From Pocillopora damicornis (lineage: Eukaryota): 64,000 nucleotides of DNA. The stretch spans positions 186,001 to 250,000 of the forward strand of contig NW_020846006.1 in the NCBI RefSeq assembly GCF_003704095.1, in the 5' to 3' direction. The position numbers and the translations under genes were made by a program. Positions 25,591 through 39,964 of this stretch are shown here, piece by piece (the first letter of the stretch is position 1; the number at the start of each line of letters is the position of its first letter). The notes below the pieces were generated by a model. The model was given only the letters and a program-made list of their open reading frames with translations, ran no database searches and was not told the origin of the DNA.

Positions 25591-28216
25591 ATGTCACTTG
25601 ATCATAATCCCCAATGTTCTGCCTGCAAAATAGCGAATTCTTTGATGTGGAGGAGAGGGTCTAATGGCGAAATCCTTTGTAACAGCTGCCATTTGAAGCG
25701 AGTTAATTCTAGCGTTCGTGCTCAGCGACAAAGCTCTAAGGAGAGCAAAAAGCTCATTGCAAGGATTAAGGCAGGAACACGAAAAGGTTGGAATGGAAAG
25801 TCAGGGGAAAGATCAAGAGGTCGCCGTTCCTTGCAAAAGATGAAACGAAAGGTAAATTTAAGTAAATGTTATATTTTACCTCAGTACATACCACATGAAC
25901 ATTAAATTGTTTTATTGTAAACTGCCAAATTTATTTCCTGAGGCTTTTTTTTTTCATAAAAAATGTTTACTACTCTACTGAGGTCCTGAAGGAGAGAGGT
26001 GACCATAAACTACTCGATGAAAAGGGTCTGTATTGATCACTAACAACAAATTAATGAGAAGAAATTTCACGTTGGCCTCAAAGGATAGAAAAAAAATGTA
26101 CATTAAGACAATAAGTATAGTGTAAAACCCAAACGACCACTTTTTCGATTTTTTTTCCAAAATGCGCCCAGACTTCCAACTTCCATGCAATAGACTTACA
26201 ATTTTTACGTGGCTGTAAGGATAAATATCTAGCGAGTTTTGAAGGGACAGGTTACTCCTGTGAGGAAGTCCAACTCCGTTTTTTTAATTCTTGCGTGAAT
26301 GTGAGGAACCGATATATTGACTCAAATTCTTAACTGAAATCCAAATATCTCTGCAATTACTCTTTTAGTCGTTTTTAGACAAAACTGTCTTTGCAAACTT
26401 TTAGGACTTGTCCAATTTGATGAAATACATGACATTGCACCTTGTGCTTGTAGGAATGCAACTGTTTTCAACAATCATTACTTTAATGCCATTTTCATCT
26501 GACTTCAAGATGTAAATGGTCATAAAATGCAAACAATGGCATACCACTCTGCTGAACAAAGATAAAACTTTTCCTAGAGTGAAGCTCAGTCAGCATGCTA
26601 CATTTACATGTATACACTCTTTTAACAGACTGGGTGTTTTACAGTTAAATTAAGTAATTTCTTGTTACTTTTAGCATAATAATTAGGAAGTAAAGATTTT
26701 ACCACATTAAATTTGAAGTTATCTCTGTATGGTTCGTTTCACCCATTTGAATCAGTGACTTGAGTCAAACATCTTCTTTAAAGATTACCTTAGCACTTGT
26801 GAATACCCCAAGCTTAAAGGAGGTGCACTACCTTGTACATTGATAGACACTGATGTTATCGGTTGTCAAATATGGAACTATTTGTCATTTTGATTGCAGC
26901 CTTATAAGTCACCAGAGGGTTTTGCTACTGTAGTTGCAGCTGACAGGATTTACTTCAAAGTATGGCTTTGTGGAAATTTATTGTTAAAAATAATATAATA
27001 TATAATATACTTTATATTTTGACCTGGGGATGATAGTCATAAACTAATTGATCCTCTCATCATGTGTCATTATTTGACAACCTTTAGTCAAAAAGGCCAA
27101 ACAGAGAAGGGAGGGAACAATTGAAATATTCTAAGTTGATAACTACTAGTTTAGTCTTTTTCAAAATGAGTAAATTTAAGAAAATAGTTCAAGAGAATTA
27201 TTGTAAGTGATATCCAAGAAAAATCCTGAACACACAAGAGCTTATTTTAAGAAAACCTCCTCTGGTGGAACAAATAATCTTTAAATTAACAAAAATTATC
27301 TCACAAGTTAAAATTTATCTTGAATGGCACTGAAGTAGCTAGAGGGAGAAAAAAACGAAACTGATCTGTCATCTTCAAACTGGAATTCTCCATCTCAATG
27401 TTTAATTGTATGTAATTACCTGTATGATTCCCTTGGGACTCAATTAAATGAAAGAGCTATTGTCTCTTGATAATAATGACAACTGTATAACATCATGGAA
27501 GCCAAAATGGTGTTTTCCAAAATGCGAGCATTGTTTACTGTATTTTGTACATTTCAGTTCTTGTTTCCTAATGTTTTTAAACTAATCTTCATGAAGCATA
27601 GCAAGTTGTTTTCCAAATGGTGGTTTATGAGTTGGTTGTTGTTTAGACAGGGAAGGTGGACATTTGTACATGATTTCACACAGTTAAGTGTTTCATTCAT
27701 TTGCATTTGTTAAAGGGTATTCTTTACCAGGCTGGTGACATAGTATCCATCGAAGACATAGAGGGTGATCTGTATTATGCCCAGCTTAAAGGCTTTCTTC
27801 AAGATCAGTATGCACAGAAAACTGCAGTTATTACATGGCTTCTACCTATGGTTCCTAAACCATCACACTTTGATCCTGCTCTCTTTTTACCAGGTACAGT
27901 ATGTGTACTTGTGATGAATATGAAACATGTCAGTTAACATCATGGTTTCTCTTGCTTTGTCTCAAGTTATTTTCAGACTATGTAGAAGACAGGTTTAACT
28001 CTAACAGAAGAGCTCTGATGTTTCAATTTTTCAGGACCTGAAGAAGACACTCCTAGACCGATGGAATGTATGGAGTTTGTTTGTAGAGCCCCAACAGAAC
28101 TGTTTAAAGCCAGAAGAGAACATCCTCCATTTGTAACTCCACGACAACCCGACCTTAATGATTTAGCAACAGTTGCAGAACAACTTCTCTCAAATGAAAA
28201 TCACCAACAGTTATAA
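25591..28216 (+). CDS. GATAD1: GATA zinc finger domain-containing protein 1, 4 exons, ~226 aa
   Basis: Exons 25591-25851, 26900-26959, 27716-27893, 28035-28216, all GT-AG and phase-compatible. N-terminal CSAC...MWRR...LCNSC finger; C-terminal GILYQAGDIVS...YYAQLKGFLQDQYAQKTAVITWLLP...FDPALFLPGPEEDTPRPMECMEFVCRAP. Confidence 0.93.
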
Positions 28217-28493
28217 GTTGACATTACTCTAGTTGGTGTAGTACCCGTATGCCTTGTTTGGGTATTGCACAGCAAATTTTATCTTTGTTGGAGCTCTTTC
28301 GAACATTTTCTCTCCATTTAGCAAGAGACATACAGTTCACAACCAAATGACTTTGAAAACTTAGTCATTGAAAAGGATGTTCATGATTTAAAACTGCCTA
28401 CACGTACATATGGGAATTGTGTGTAGTATACTTAACTCTGTATTTGACCAAAACTTTCTCTCATTTCCTTACTCAGACCTTTATTAATTACTT

Positions 28494-28672
28494 TTAACCC
28501 TTAACACCTAACATCAGTATGCATATTCTCCATACTATTCACTACACATTTCCTAAGGTGCAAACAAGAGCTGCTTTAGTTTAATCTTGTGACCTTAATT
28601 AATGTTTGATTCAAGGGTGATATTGTAAGAGGGGAATTAGATGCAAATCACTCTTACAGGTCAAAGGATTAA
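28494..28672. mobile_element. TTAA-flanked piggyBac-type MITE, decayed
   Basis: Starts TTAA-CCCTT and ends AAGGA-TTAA; same architecture as the 60012-60223 element. Confidence 0.6.
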
Positions 28673-29244
28673 TGATATCATAATTAATTTGAGAATATTC
28701 ACATTACATTGCTGTTTCTTCAGTTCTGCCTGATCGAATAGAGATAAATTACCAGCTGAATAGGAGTTGATAATCCAGGACATAATAGACTATTCAACAT
28801 AGCAGAATACATACTATGTGGATGAAAACTGCAGAGATTCAATACATAATGGACTTTCTTAAAACAGTGAACATGGTTTGACAATATTACAAAAGATCCT
28901 AGGTTGACAGAGGAAGTAAAAGTTAGTGTCTGATTGCCAACTAAAGCTTGCTGGTAGTGCAGCCAATTCCTGGCTACTGGCTGGCATTTCTGGTCAATCA
29001 TTTACCACATATAGTAACCAAAGCTTGCTCTTGAACAGCTACATTGCTGTTAAGTTAAGTTAATCCATTCCATCACTTGATTGAAAGTACTGGTCCTTTT
29101 TTTCCATGCTGAAACCAAGTAGCGATGTCAAAAATGTCCACCTGCTTCCATTTCAACAGATTCAGCTAAAAGAACAATAGCTGAGCACTGCCTGAGGTAC
29201 CTCCTGGTGTTCAATTCAGTGTTTACTTCTGAAGAGCCCCTGAA

Positions 29245-32200
29245 TCAGAACATTTTAGTTACTGTTGCTGATGTAGCCTTCTCCATGTTGTATTGGCGAA
29301 AAAAAGACTTGGAATATTCATAAGTGCTGATCATTACAGCACATGCTGGCGCCACTTTTATCAGTCTTGCTGATACACCTTTCAAAGGAAAAAAAATAAA
29401 GCTGACACCTTACACAGACTTACATTTCTAAAAAGGATTTTGTATGAGGATCATAAGGATTTTAGCATTTGGTTTGGGCTGTATCTTCCTTCAGACACTC
29501 CTAGCCATCAAGACTATGNNNNNNNNNNNNNNNNNNNNNNNNNNNNNNNNNNNNNNNNNNNNNNNNNNNNNNNNNNNNNNNNNNNNNNNNNNNNNNNNNN
29601 NNNNNNNNNNNNNNNNNNATGTTATTCTTTGACATAGGAGAGCACAATTTACGCATGGTTGATCACTTCAGTGATAACTAAGGGATACAACAACACACAA
29701 GATAGCTTGACCAGTGAAAACATTACATACTAAACACAAGTTCACCAAGTTCCATCTGTCTGTGTGTTTTAACCACATCAAATGGCGTTGTTATCAATGC
29801 AGCCATCTGCAAAACAATGATTTTCAGGAATTGAAAAAAGTTTCAAATTGTTAGTAGGCAATCTATCAAATATATGCCTGTTTATCTGTCAGTCTGTCTA
29901 TCCATCAGACCTATTTATCTATCTATATTTCTATCTACCTGATGAGCTGAACTGTACAAGCTTTTGATTGGTTCTTGCTTATGACATTGGAGGGCAGACG
30001 TAGATGATGTCACCATCCACAACACTTTGTTTTTTAACATTTGAAACAAATAGATTATATCTGGCCATGGATCTGTACAGTAATAGATCACAGAACAGCT
30101 TTGTGCTGTGTCACTTTTTTTCCTCACCAGACTTTAATGTCATCTGTAATCTATTACTAACCAGAAATGGAAACATGCATGTATGTGAAAAAGATGTGAT
30201 GGATGATTAGGGCAAATAATTGCACTGTGCATTCCTGATAACTTGAACCTTTGGAGGGAAATTGAAAAACCTTGCATTATAAATAGTTTGAGTCATTAGA
30301 AGGTTGAGAAATGATTGGAAATTAAGGAAAAATATTTTCTCAAACAATAAAAGTTTTGTCAAATTTATCTCTCTCAGTATAAGTGTTGGGTGAAAATGGA
30401 ACATTTTGAACAAGAAGTTTAAGAAGCAAAGCTTCATGGAAATTCAAGGTACTGTAATTATTAAATGTACTCTTAACCAAGAAAATGTTGAGGGGATTTA
30501 CACAATTGGTGTAATACATATTTTTTGCATCTTAATGTAGAGGGCAGATTAGTTTATAAGAAATTAGGAAAAGTTGGGATGACCTTGGATTCTTCTTAAA
30601 ATATATACTTCTGTGAAATAGTCAGTAACATTTACTTAAACAACCTGCAAAATGATACATGGCTATAAACAAGAACCCTAGTCAAAGAAATTAACTTTTC
30701 TGGATTACAGCAGAGTACATCTTGTTTCCACTTGTCAAGCATTGACAAACAAAGTCAGTGCTACAGAGGAAACCCAGATTTTTTGAAAATGCAGGTCCCC
30801 TGGTTCAAGTTAGTGAAATGTATCAGTTGTCCAGGGTACATGTTACCAAGGTAGTCTGCAGTGCAGGCATCTTATTAGGGCAGGTTAATGTTAAGAAGCT
30901 TGTAGTCATTTATTCAACCAGCCATGTTTGATTTGGAGTTAGAGTCAATGAAGGGGGAGGAGATGGGGCCCAGCAAAAAGAGGCCTGTCTGAGGGGGCTG
31001 TTAAGAAGCATAATGACCCCTGATTAGTTATGTGTCACTGCATTTTGGGAAAAGAGCAGTTAATGAGTTTACTCAAAAAACCAGAAGCACTCTTATGCGA
31101 CAAAAACAAACACCTAGAGCCAATGAGTGAAAGAGTGAAGCAGTTTTTCAGCCAGGAGAGAAATGGGTTGAACAAAACCTCCTACCCATTCACAAATATA
31201 AGCTGATATTTGCTGCACTTCATAATTTTCCAAATGACAATCCTTGAGTGTAGCTGCCATTAATCCATTTAATGATATTTCTTCCATTATTTCCATTGAT
31301 GGTAAACAATACTTTAAAACAACATACACTCAAACATTTACCCGCCATCATTCACTTGATGCACACTGGCATCTGAAATATCAAGCTCTTCCAAAAACTA
31401 ACTGCTAATGCTGCCAGGAGATCTTTTCCAAAGATCAGTGTAGAAATTATGTCTATTTGCTCTGCTCCCTCTCCTCACTCACCCCTTCAATACAAATTTC
31501 ATTCTCTCCAGCCTTTTGTGACTGTTAAAATCAAAGGTGACAGCTATAATTTTCACAAAGTTAATATTTGCTCCTGCCAATTACACCTTCTCTGCAGACT
31601 AGTTCCCAAGGAGATTTCCAGTCATTCCCAGTCAGTGAAATTACAATACATGTGTGATGCAAATCCAGGGAAAATAAATTTTCCTTTCAGTTAACACAAG
31701 GTTTTATTTGGCAAAGGTTCAACTTATCAAGTGTCTTCCCAGGTATGTAAAATATGGATGTAGGTAAAAAGGAGAATCTGCAAATTTAAGTACAAAAGTG
31801 AACTAAGCTTCATGTCTTGTGATATAAATGGTCTGCTGTACTTCCAGAGTTTTGTTTTTTACACTGTACTACAAAATATAATGCGCAGAATATTTAGCCT
31901 ATGAAATAAATAATGAGAAATGAGACATGTACTCACAGCTCCAGACAGCACTCCCGATGAAAAACTAGCAATAAATCCTGGCTCAGCAAACTTTGATTTT
32001 AGGACTTCATAGCCCATCCAATAAACAGCTTTTAAAAGACAAACAGAAAATCAGCAACAATACTTAGGTCAACAATAAGGTAGAATTTCTACTACAATAT
32101 GATTAACACCAATATGCTGGTGTTAAATTTGAAATATCCTGTTGATGTTGATAAAAAAGGACATGTAAATAAACTACATTATGATATTTTTATTTTAGTT

Positions 32201-35200
32201 TGATTTAGATGATAGAAAATGACTAAAAAATGGGGTCAATTCCATTGAAAATCAGTTCTTGAGTCAAATAAATACTACAGCTGGAATCAGTGTTACTGAT
32301 TAATACAGTCCCAACCTGAGAATGGTACATCCCTGAGCAGTGTAGGTCCTAATCCATGCCAGAGTGATAACATTCCCCCTTGCTGAATGGCATTCTTAAT
32401 AACACTTACAAGCTCTGAAATAAAAACAAAGAAATGCATTAGAATATTGCAAAAAAACACCTACAAAGATGATACCTACATTCATGACAATCGTCTTAAA
32501 ATTTCAACTACTGTCATGCATAAAAATGATTCCTACTTGATGCATCTGTTCCATTTACCAGTAACTGGAAACATTCAACAGACAAAGTGCAAAAAAAAAA
32601 ACAAAACACTACACCCCAAATATCATAAAAGTTGGACTTCATGTGTAGTATGTGATGCAACTTAGATGAACAATACCTTTATAACTAAATTCCTTTCTTG
32701 ATTGCAGTTTGGTTCTGATCATTTCTATTGGTGATATGCATGTGATGGAGGCAGCTGAAGTAAAAAAAAATATGATCAGATTAGTCACCAAACCCAATGG
32801 ATAATGTTGTTGTATTTCAAGTAGATAGAAGGTAACATTTACATTTAGTCTCATACACACAAGTTGATAAAGAGTGGTCATGTTGACTATTACTTTTACC
32901 ATACATCAAGTTATTCAGTCATTCAGACTGAAAGCAGGCCCGAGAGGTCATTGAGGTATTGTTTAAAATACCAGTTCATGAATGAGATGTGCATGTAATT
33001 TTCAAATGAATTTTGTTGGTTATGTAAAATGACAAAAGAGGAACCAAATATTACTTCGAGCAGTAACTCCAGCACACATTGGTGACCAAAAGTTTTCCTC
33101 TCCCTCTTTAAATCCATACACCACTTTAAGCTGATCATAAAGAGTAAAATAAATCATTGTGTTTGGAACAGCCATAACTCTGCAACACAACCATAAGAAA
33201 AGTCAGTCAGCACTCTGAGCAAACTCTTGTTGTCATAGCAAGAAAAAGATTTTTGGAAGTAAATATGTATGAAAAGTTGCAACCTTGGTTTGGTAGTCAT
33301 TCAACAAGTAATGGTGTGTTTACTACTTTGTGCTTATGCGTGTTTATGGTCTAGAGTTAAAGTGACATGCAGTATATTTTATATGTGGATTGCTGTGATC
33401 CACTCATGAAATTGTCATCCATTTTGAAATAAATGGTAATCTTTGTAACCTGATTGGCCCTTGATGATTTGATTTACTCGCAAATCAAACCACTTTGTTG
33501 CTCTAAATAGCATTTTTCCCAGCCAATGAGACAGCTTTACTAAAACAGAACAATCAATCAGATTTCAAGGCTTCTAGAAAGGAACAAATCAAATAATAGG
33601 AAAACGAAAAACAACTTTTGTAACGTTTTATAGACCAGCTCAGCATTGGAAAAATAAAACATTTGTATAGACTAAAAATCCTGTATTTGAGAAACAGAAT
33701 TTTACAATTTCAAAATAGATATAATGAAGTGATTGAACTTTGTGTCATGCAATTTCGGTCTGAAATCATACTGTAATACAACATAATTTTGGTCTGAAAT
33801 CACTACTTGTGTAATTTTTAAATCACTCATATGATTTCAGGTTGCACTTCACTCAGTTCAACTACCATTATTTATCACCAACATCCGTGACACTTCTTTT
33901 AAACTTCTATCAAATGTTTACTAAGGTAATCTCCTGGTGCAATGCTTCCAAACTTACCTTTTGCTGTTTATCTATTTTCATTCTCTTCAAATTAATTTTA
34001 TCATCAGTCCAGTGTTCTAGTTGCCCACCAACTCATGCACAACGATAATTTCTTTACAAACTAAAAACTTTCCTTCAGAAACAGACCCAAACCAATTTCA
34101 AACAATCCCTCTCAGCAGCAATCATAAGCCACATTGTTCTGAATTTCACAAAGAGAGTTAAACAAATGAACTGCTCAAACCATCTACTTACAGAGTTGGT
34201 GGTAAGCCTCTCCACAATGCTGAGATGCCTTCATAGCGAGGAATTTTCATCAAAGCATCCTGGAATTTGAATAAACTGTTCTTAAATTAACAATCATTTG
34301 AGGTTATTTGAGTACACATTGTTGAACTGTGTACTCAACTGAAACAAAACTGTCATTCAATTCCATTTCAAGAATTATCAATCGAAAGTTCATCTGTATA
34401 ATAGGAAAGGAGTAAATCACAACATATTCCTGGACACAAAAATCAAATTTAGGTGCTAAATTTACAGCAAATGTTGCCAATTTAGCAACCCATGTTCAAC
34501 AATTATGAGAGCTCTGGAATTTTCTGTTCATATTCTCAAGTTAAGTGAGATAAAAAATGGTACAAAATGTTGTACCACTAATTTTTAGTGGTAGGAAGTG
34601 AGGAAAGTGTCTTTTTGGCAGTAAGAACTGTGGTAACCATTTTAAAGCTGGCATTTCATTAGAGGATTCCAAGGGTTTTCCAGGCACTTTCCTATAGGTT
34701 TATATCCTGACCACTTAATTTTGTTTCTAGAGACCTCTTTATCATTTTAGGTCACTATGTAGCTCCTTTGGAAAAGCCTGAACTTAATATCTCGAAGTAC
34801 CATGATCATGACGGTGACACTACCTCTGACTGCTAGTTTGAAGAAATAATCTTATTATGTAACATTAATAGGAGTACCAGTACATTTTAACGAAATCTTT
34901 TCATACATGTGCCTAGTGTAGTTTCACATATTTATAATTCCAACCCACACATAATTAGCTGAAAAGGGGAAAAAACCACTGGAAGTGCAGACCTCTTTAG
35001 ATTTATTATGGACAACATATTTTAATAACTGCAGTAAAGTGCTGATATTCTCAGACTTACCAATGTTGAATCAAAAGGAGGATGAGGAGCATGAGGAAAT
35101 GGACGGAAAGGGGATCCAAGATTGGCACATAAACACAGATGATCCATGAGACCATTACAGAACAGGTAACATGGAGCTAAAGGATTAAAACATGAAAATA

Positions 35201-38200
35201 AAACAGTTAGAGAGAAAAGATATGTGTATGTCATAGTTAAACTGATTTTATACAAGTTTCAACACTTTGTTATTGTTGTTGTTATTGCTTAACAATCAGG
35301 ATGATGAATCTGGACCGAGAGGTAATAAAACTTGACCTACAACCCTGAAGATTACTACCATTTTGACCAGAATTTCATTTTAATCTGCAACATATACATT
35401 TACCAACATAGTCATTCAAAAAAAATTATGACATCACAGTTTTATGAAGATGCTGGGATCAATGTCAGTATCTTAGCAAATGTGCACCTACCTCTCCCCT
35501 AACCCATTCTTAAGTTTAACATGTCACCAGTTGATCATTGAACCAAAATGAAGATTGATTTTTTTTTTTGGTTTTAGAACAGTTATCCTTCAATGTAAGC
35601 ACAACATGAACTCTTGTACCACAGATAGCCATTTTCAATTATGATATCTTGAATCCATACATACATACATATGGTTCCAATTTTTCTTTATATCTTTTAA
35701 ATGTGTCATCTCTAATCAATCCTATATTTCAGATAATGAAAGAGTCCTGCACAAGGATTGGTTGTTGTTAAAGATATTAATTTCATCTTTCCCTTCTAAC
35801 CAGCAAGTTGAGCTGTATAACCAAAAAAAAGGACAGTCAAAGAATGCATGCAGCTACTAGTGTAGCACAATTTTTATTGCATTGAAAAGGACCAGAGGTT
35901 GTACAATGACAACAGAATGTAGTGTTGCAGAATATTTGTCCCACTTACAAAACAGAAAACCTGTGGCATTCCACATATTTATGAGTACCCTGTTCCACAA
36001 GAGAAATGTGATTCAAGAATATGTTGTGAAACTGACATTAAACAATACCCAAATGGTAGCAAATAATAATATCAACAAAAATAATAATGATAACTATAGT
36101 AAATAATAATAATTTAAGGGGCTGGCTAGAAAACCTTATGGTTCCCCAATCTTCTGGGCTCTAACAATAAATACCTAATAGTATGCTTACTTTAACTTTC
36201 TGCCAACACTGTGTGCAGACAACTAAGTGACCTTGGAAAGAAAATTGACTGTGTACTTAGTACACAGTCAATTTTCTCACAAGTAGGAAAATCTCCAAAA
36301 TTATAAAAGTCACAGAAACAAAGCCCTCACAGGTAAACCAACAATGCATTATGGATGAATTTTAATGTAATTTGTGTGATGTAAATTATAAAGGCTACAT
36401 GAACCATCACTTCCACCTTCACATTAAGGAGCACAAATATTCCATCATTCATAAACATCTTGAGAACAAACACAATCAAAGACCGAACAATCTTCACGAG
36501 CAATTTTTCATCCTAAAGAAATGACAGAAAGTTTGAGTGCCTTATTTGTGAGATGCTTTTAATAAGAAAAAGAGACAGACTCTGAACACTCAAAAAGACT
36601 CCATTCCAGTGAAACCGTTCATTTAATTATGTATATTCTTTTGTTTTACTCCACCTCATTTGATTCTAATTTAGTTTCACTTTCCTTTCTTTATGTCACT
36701 GAACTTAAAATAATTTTACATTTGATAATGGTGACACATTGTTGCTGAATGTCATGTTTTAATCTCACTACTTTTTATTATGAAATGTTTTCTAAATCTT
36801 TCATTATCCTTTAACTTTGCCTATAAGTTGTAAATGACTTTCTTATCCTATAGCAATTCCATTTCTTGAGACTTTTGTTTCATGCAAAAACACATTTCGT
36901 GTTTTATGATACTCCTTTATTCTACATCTTAAGATATTCTGCCATTCCATTATTCCTCAGTTCCATCATTCTATTGACTGACTAAAAGTATTGCATTTCC
37001 TAGCTTGCCCGCTTCACAAATTCAGAAGCTCTCTTCCCCAGAAGTCACTTATTCAAACTGTAAAATTCTCTCTCTTAAAATAAAAAAAAGACTTCTCAAA
37101 GCTTCCTTGATGTGCGGATCACATCTATTGAGATATTTCTGCAAGTAAAAAGTTTTGATTTCAATTACGCATTGCTGAATGCCACTGTGAAATCATTTTG
37201 AGATTGTCTTTCACAGTGTCAGGCAGGAACTGAAAAGATTATATCTTCCAATCTACATAATTTGCTGATTTAGATGGTTAAATGCTCTCTCTTTAAAGAA
37301 AATAAGTGCCCATGTAGAACTACTTAGATATTAGCAGTAGAAGTAGCACCTGGAAACATTGGGTCAAGATTGGAATTTTATTGTTACACTTGCTCATCTC
37401 AACAACATAAATGGCTTCCCCTCCTATAGGAGGTGATAACCACTAAAATTGAACCACACAGTAATAGTCCTGCTACAACTTGTAGTACAGTAATATAATG
37501 TCATGATTGGTTCTAAAGGGAAAGTAGAAAAAGAAACAAGGAGGTCTGGAAATTGGTCTTTCAACTCCAAAAGACTCAAATAAGATGGTAATAGTGAACA
37601 ATGGTTCCCATTTTTGGCTGTTGATAACCTGTTGCTCAACTGTCAGCCAACAGGTTACCTACACATTACCGACAGTCAGCCGTCATTGATGTTTGATCTG
37701 CACTTCAAAGAGTAGGGATGTCATCTTGCTCAGAAATGAAAAAAAACGGCTCCTTTAGGAGCCACCAACTTTGCAAAAGTGAATGAACCAACAGGTCAAA
37801 TAGTTCTAATAAAGACTTTCTGAAAAGGGTTTTGGAGGCAGTGTATTTAGGGGATTGGGAACTAGAAAAACTTTTCAATATAGCAGATAAATGAAATCAA
37901 ACCAATTTGGGAAAGTTTCACCAGCCAAAAAAAAAGTGGGCAAAAGCCATCGTAGCTATTGAGAGTACAGTGCAAGGTATCTTTTTGAAATGACTTTTCT
38001 CCTTTTTATGTATTTTTAGAAGCAATATATAGGTAAACGTTTATGATCATTTCAGTTTACAACCTACAGACACGTTACCAACAGGATACTGACAGGTTGC
38101 CAACAGGGTGGGGACTGTTGGCTGACAGTCGGCAAAAACTTTGGCCTGAAACATAATGAAAACTGCTGGCCAACTGTGAGTCGACTGTCAACCAACTGTC

Positions 38201-39239
38201 AGTTTACAGTTGGCCAACAGTATCTTTCGGGAACTGTTCTTCACTTTTACCAAGAAGACATAATGCTGATTTTTCTCCTTTCAATCTATTCAAAACATAC
38301 ATACTTTGCAGTTCATTAATTAGGCTTTAATATCTCATCATCATTGAGATTAAACTTTTAAATAATTGTTTCTACTGTTATTATCATTAATGTTCTAGTA
38401 ACTGGCAAAAGACAAATAGAAAAGAAGGCAAACCACAAGCAACAATAGCAGTCTCTGGCCGTAGCCCTAAGTACCCAAGTGCAGGAGAAGAATTGACTGC
38501 TGTTAATAACATTTATTAGCATCATCATCATTGTCAGTATCATTAATATTAGCATTATCATTGTAAATTAACAAAAGCCATTTCGTAAAGAACAATAAAA
38601 TCAAAAGAAAACAAATTCTTACATTTTGGGATAGGCTTGAGCTGAGCTTGCAGTCTTGTTTTTACTACATCAAGAGGAGTCACTTAAAATAAACAACAAC
38701 AAAAGACATGAAAATGTCGACGAAGTAATTGAGACACTTTGGATTTTAATCGTCTTAGGGAGGAAGGCGCAAGAGAGGCCATAGCAAAATGCAAAAGTCC
38801 CCCTTTCAATTACATCACTGGTAACGAGTATATGAAAGATGTGCACGTGTTAAAATCACCATCGAACAAGAAAGTAGTTAAGTTCAGGCGCAACACATAC
38901 TTACACAAAACTTACATACCTGCCCTGCCCATACCCCTTTCCCACGCTCTTGGCTACTTGCACGTGATAAGTGAAATGCAATGTTACATCATGTCAATGA
39001 ACTTTTTGAGAAAACGTGAAATTTGCCATGAAACTCTCCTTTTAACCAACCCAAAACTGTTTCAGAAACGAGAAAAAACTAAGAGATTACGAGGTAGTAG
39101 CCTCAAGTATCTAAAGGTTACCTTTGAGAACACTCGTTAGAAACTTACCAAAGAGACTGGTTATCAAAGCTCCGGACCCTGAAGATATCATCTGTTGGAA
39201 TGGTGTTATTTTTCCGGAGCTTTGGGTGGAACTGCCCAT
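29245..39239 (-). CDS. SLC25A40: Mitochondrial glutathione carrier SLC25A39/SLC25A40 family; at least 10 exons, one further exon probably lost in N-gap 29519-29618
   Basis: Exons 39239-39149, 38682-38623, 35176-35061, 34259-34192, 33179-33055, 32754-32677, 32414-32316, 32028-31937, 29806-29731, 29378-29245. Three carrier signatures [24 protein letters not shown]; family motifs [46 protein letters not shown]. Confidence 0.93.
33420..33880. repeat. Interspersed repeat in SLC25A40 intron
   Basis: Internal duplicated GGTCTGAAATCA motifs and an end in ACCATTATTT, resembling the ends of the 39965-40370 / 45450-45856 family. Confidence 0.4.
36340..36790 (+). mobile_element. Decayed Penelope-like element 3' end (GIY-YIG domain) in SLC25A40 intron 2
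   Basis: Fragments [73 protein letters not shown], followed by a decayed tail TTGATAATG...GAATGTC. Confidence 0.75.
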
Positions 39240-39964
39240 AGTGACAGGTTTTTGAAGTGATTTCGTTTTAAAAACTTATATATTATTAATTTGAGTTGAA
39301 ACAAACATGTCAATGCTAAGGAACGATATGTCGTTTTGCCGCACACCACGGGTGTTCTGTGAAATGCTGTCGGCCATGTTTATCCGTTACTTCTGAGACG
39401 AGGGATTTGGTACGACCGTTCTAGTGCCAGTCTCTTTTCGTGAAATCGGCTCATGGAAAGTTTTTCACTTCATTGCGTGACAGGAAGTCCTCTGAATAAA
39501 CATGAAACGAGACGAAGTAGAGCCCAAGAGCCCAAGAGCCTTTCAGAATATCGATGAAGCAGGTGTTAAGTTCCTTGTTGAAAAGAAAAGCTAGAAGAAG
39601 ACTGAAGATGTGGATTGGTAGATTTATTCCCAAGTCTTCGTGATTACTCAGCTTCGCTTATGACCATAAGTGTTGCTATTTAGGATGCCTGAACAGATCC
39701 GAAAACTCTATCACTAAGTTTGTTGATCCGAACGGGCTGACCGTTAATAGGCTTTTTGAAGAGAGCAACTAAAAACAGCCACATAAGTTCCAATTTAATA
39801 CTTAGGGAACAATAGAGTCGATTGTAAAACTGTGCTGTAAAGTTTCTTATATATTTAACTTTGAAAGCACAATTTTGTAAACAACTAATGATAACACAAC
39901 AACAAGTCTATTATCTATCCGGATACGTTACGCAGATCCTGTCCAATCTCTAATCGTTCAGTAG

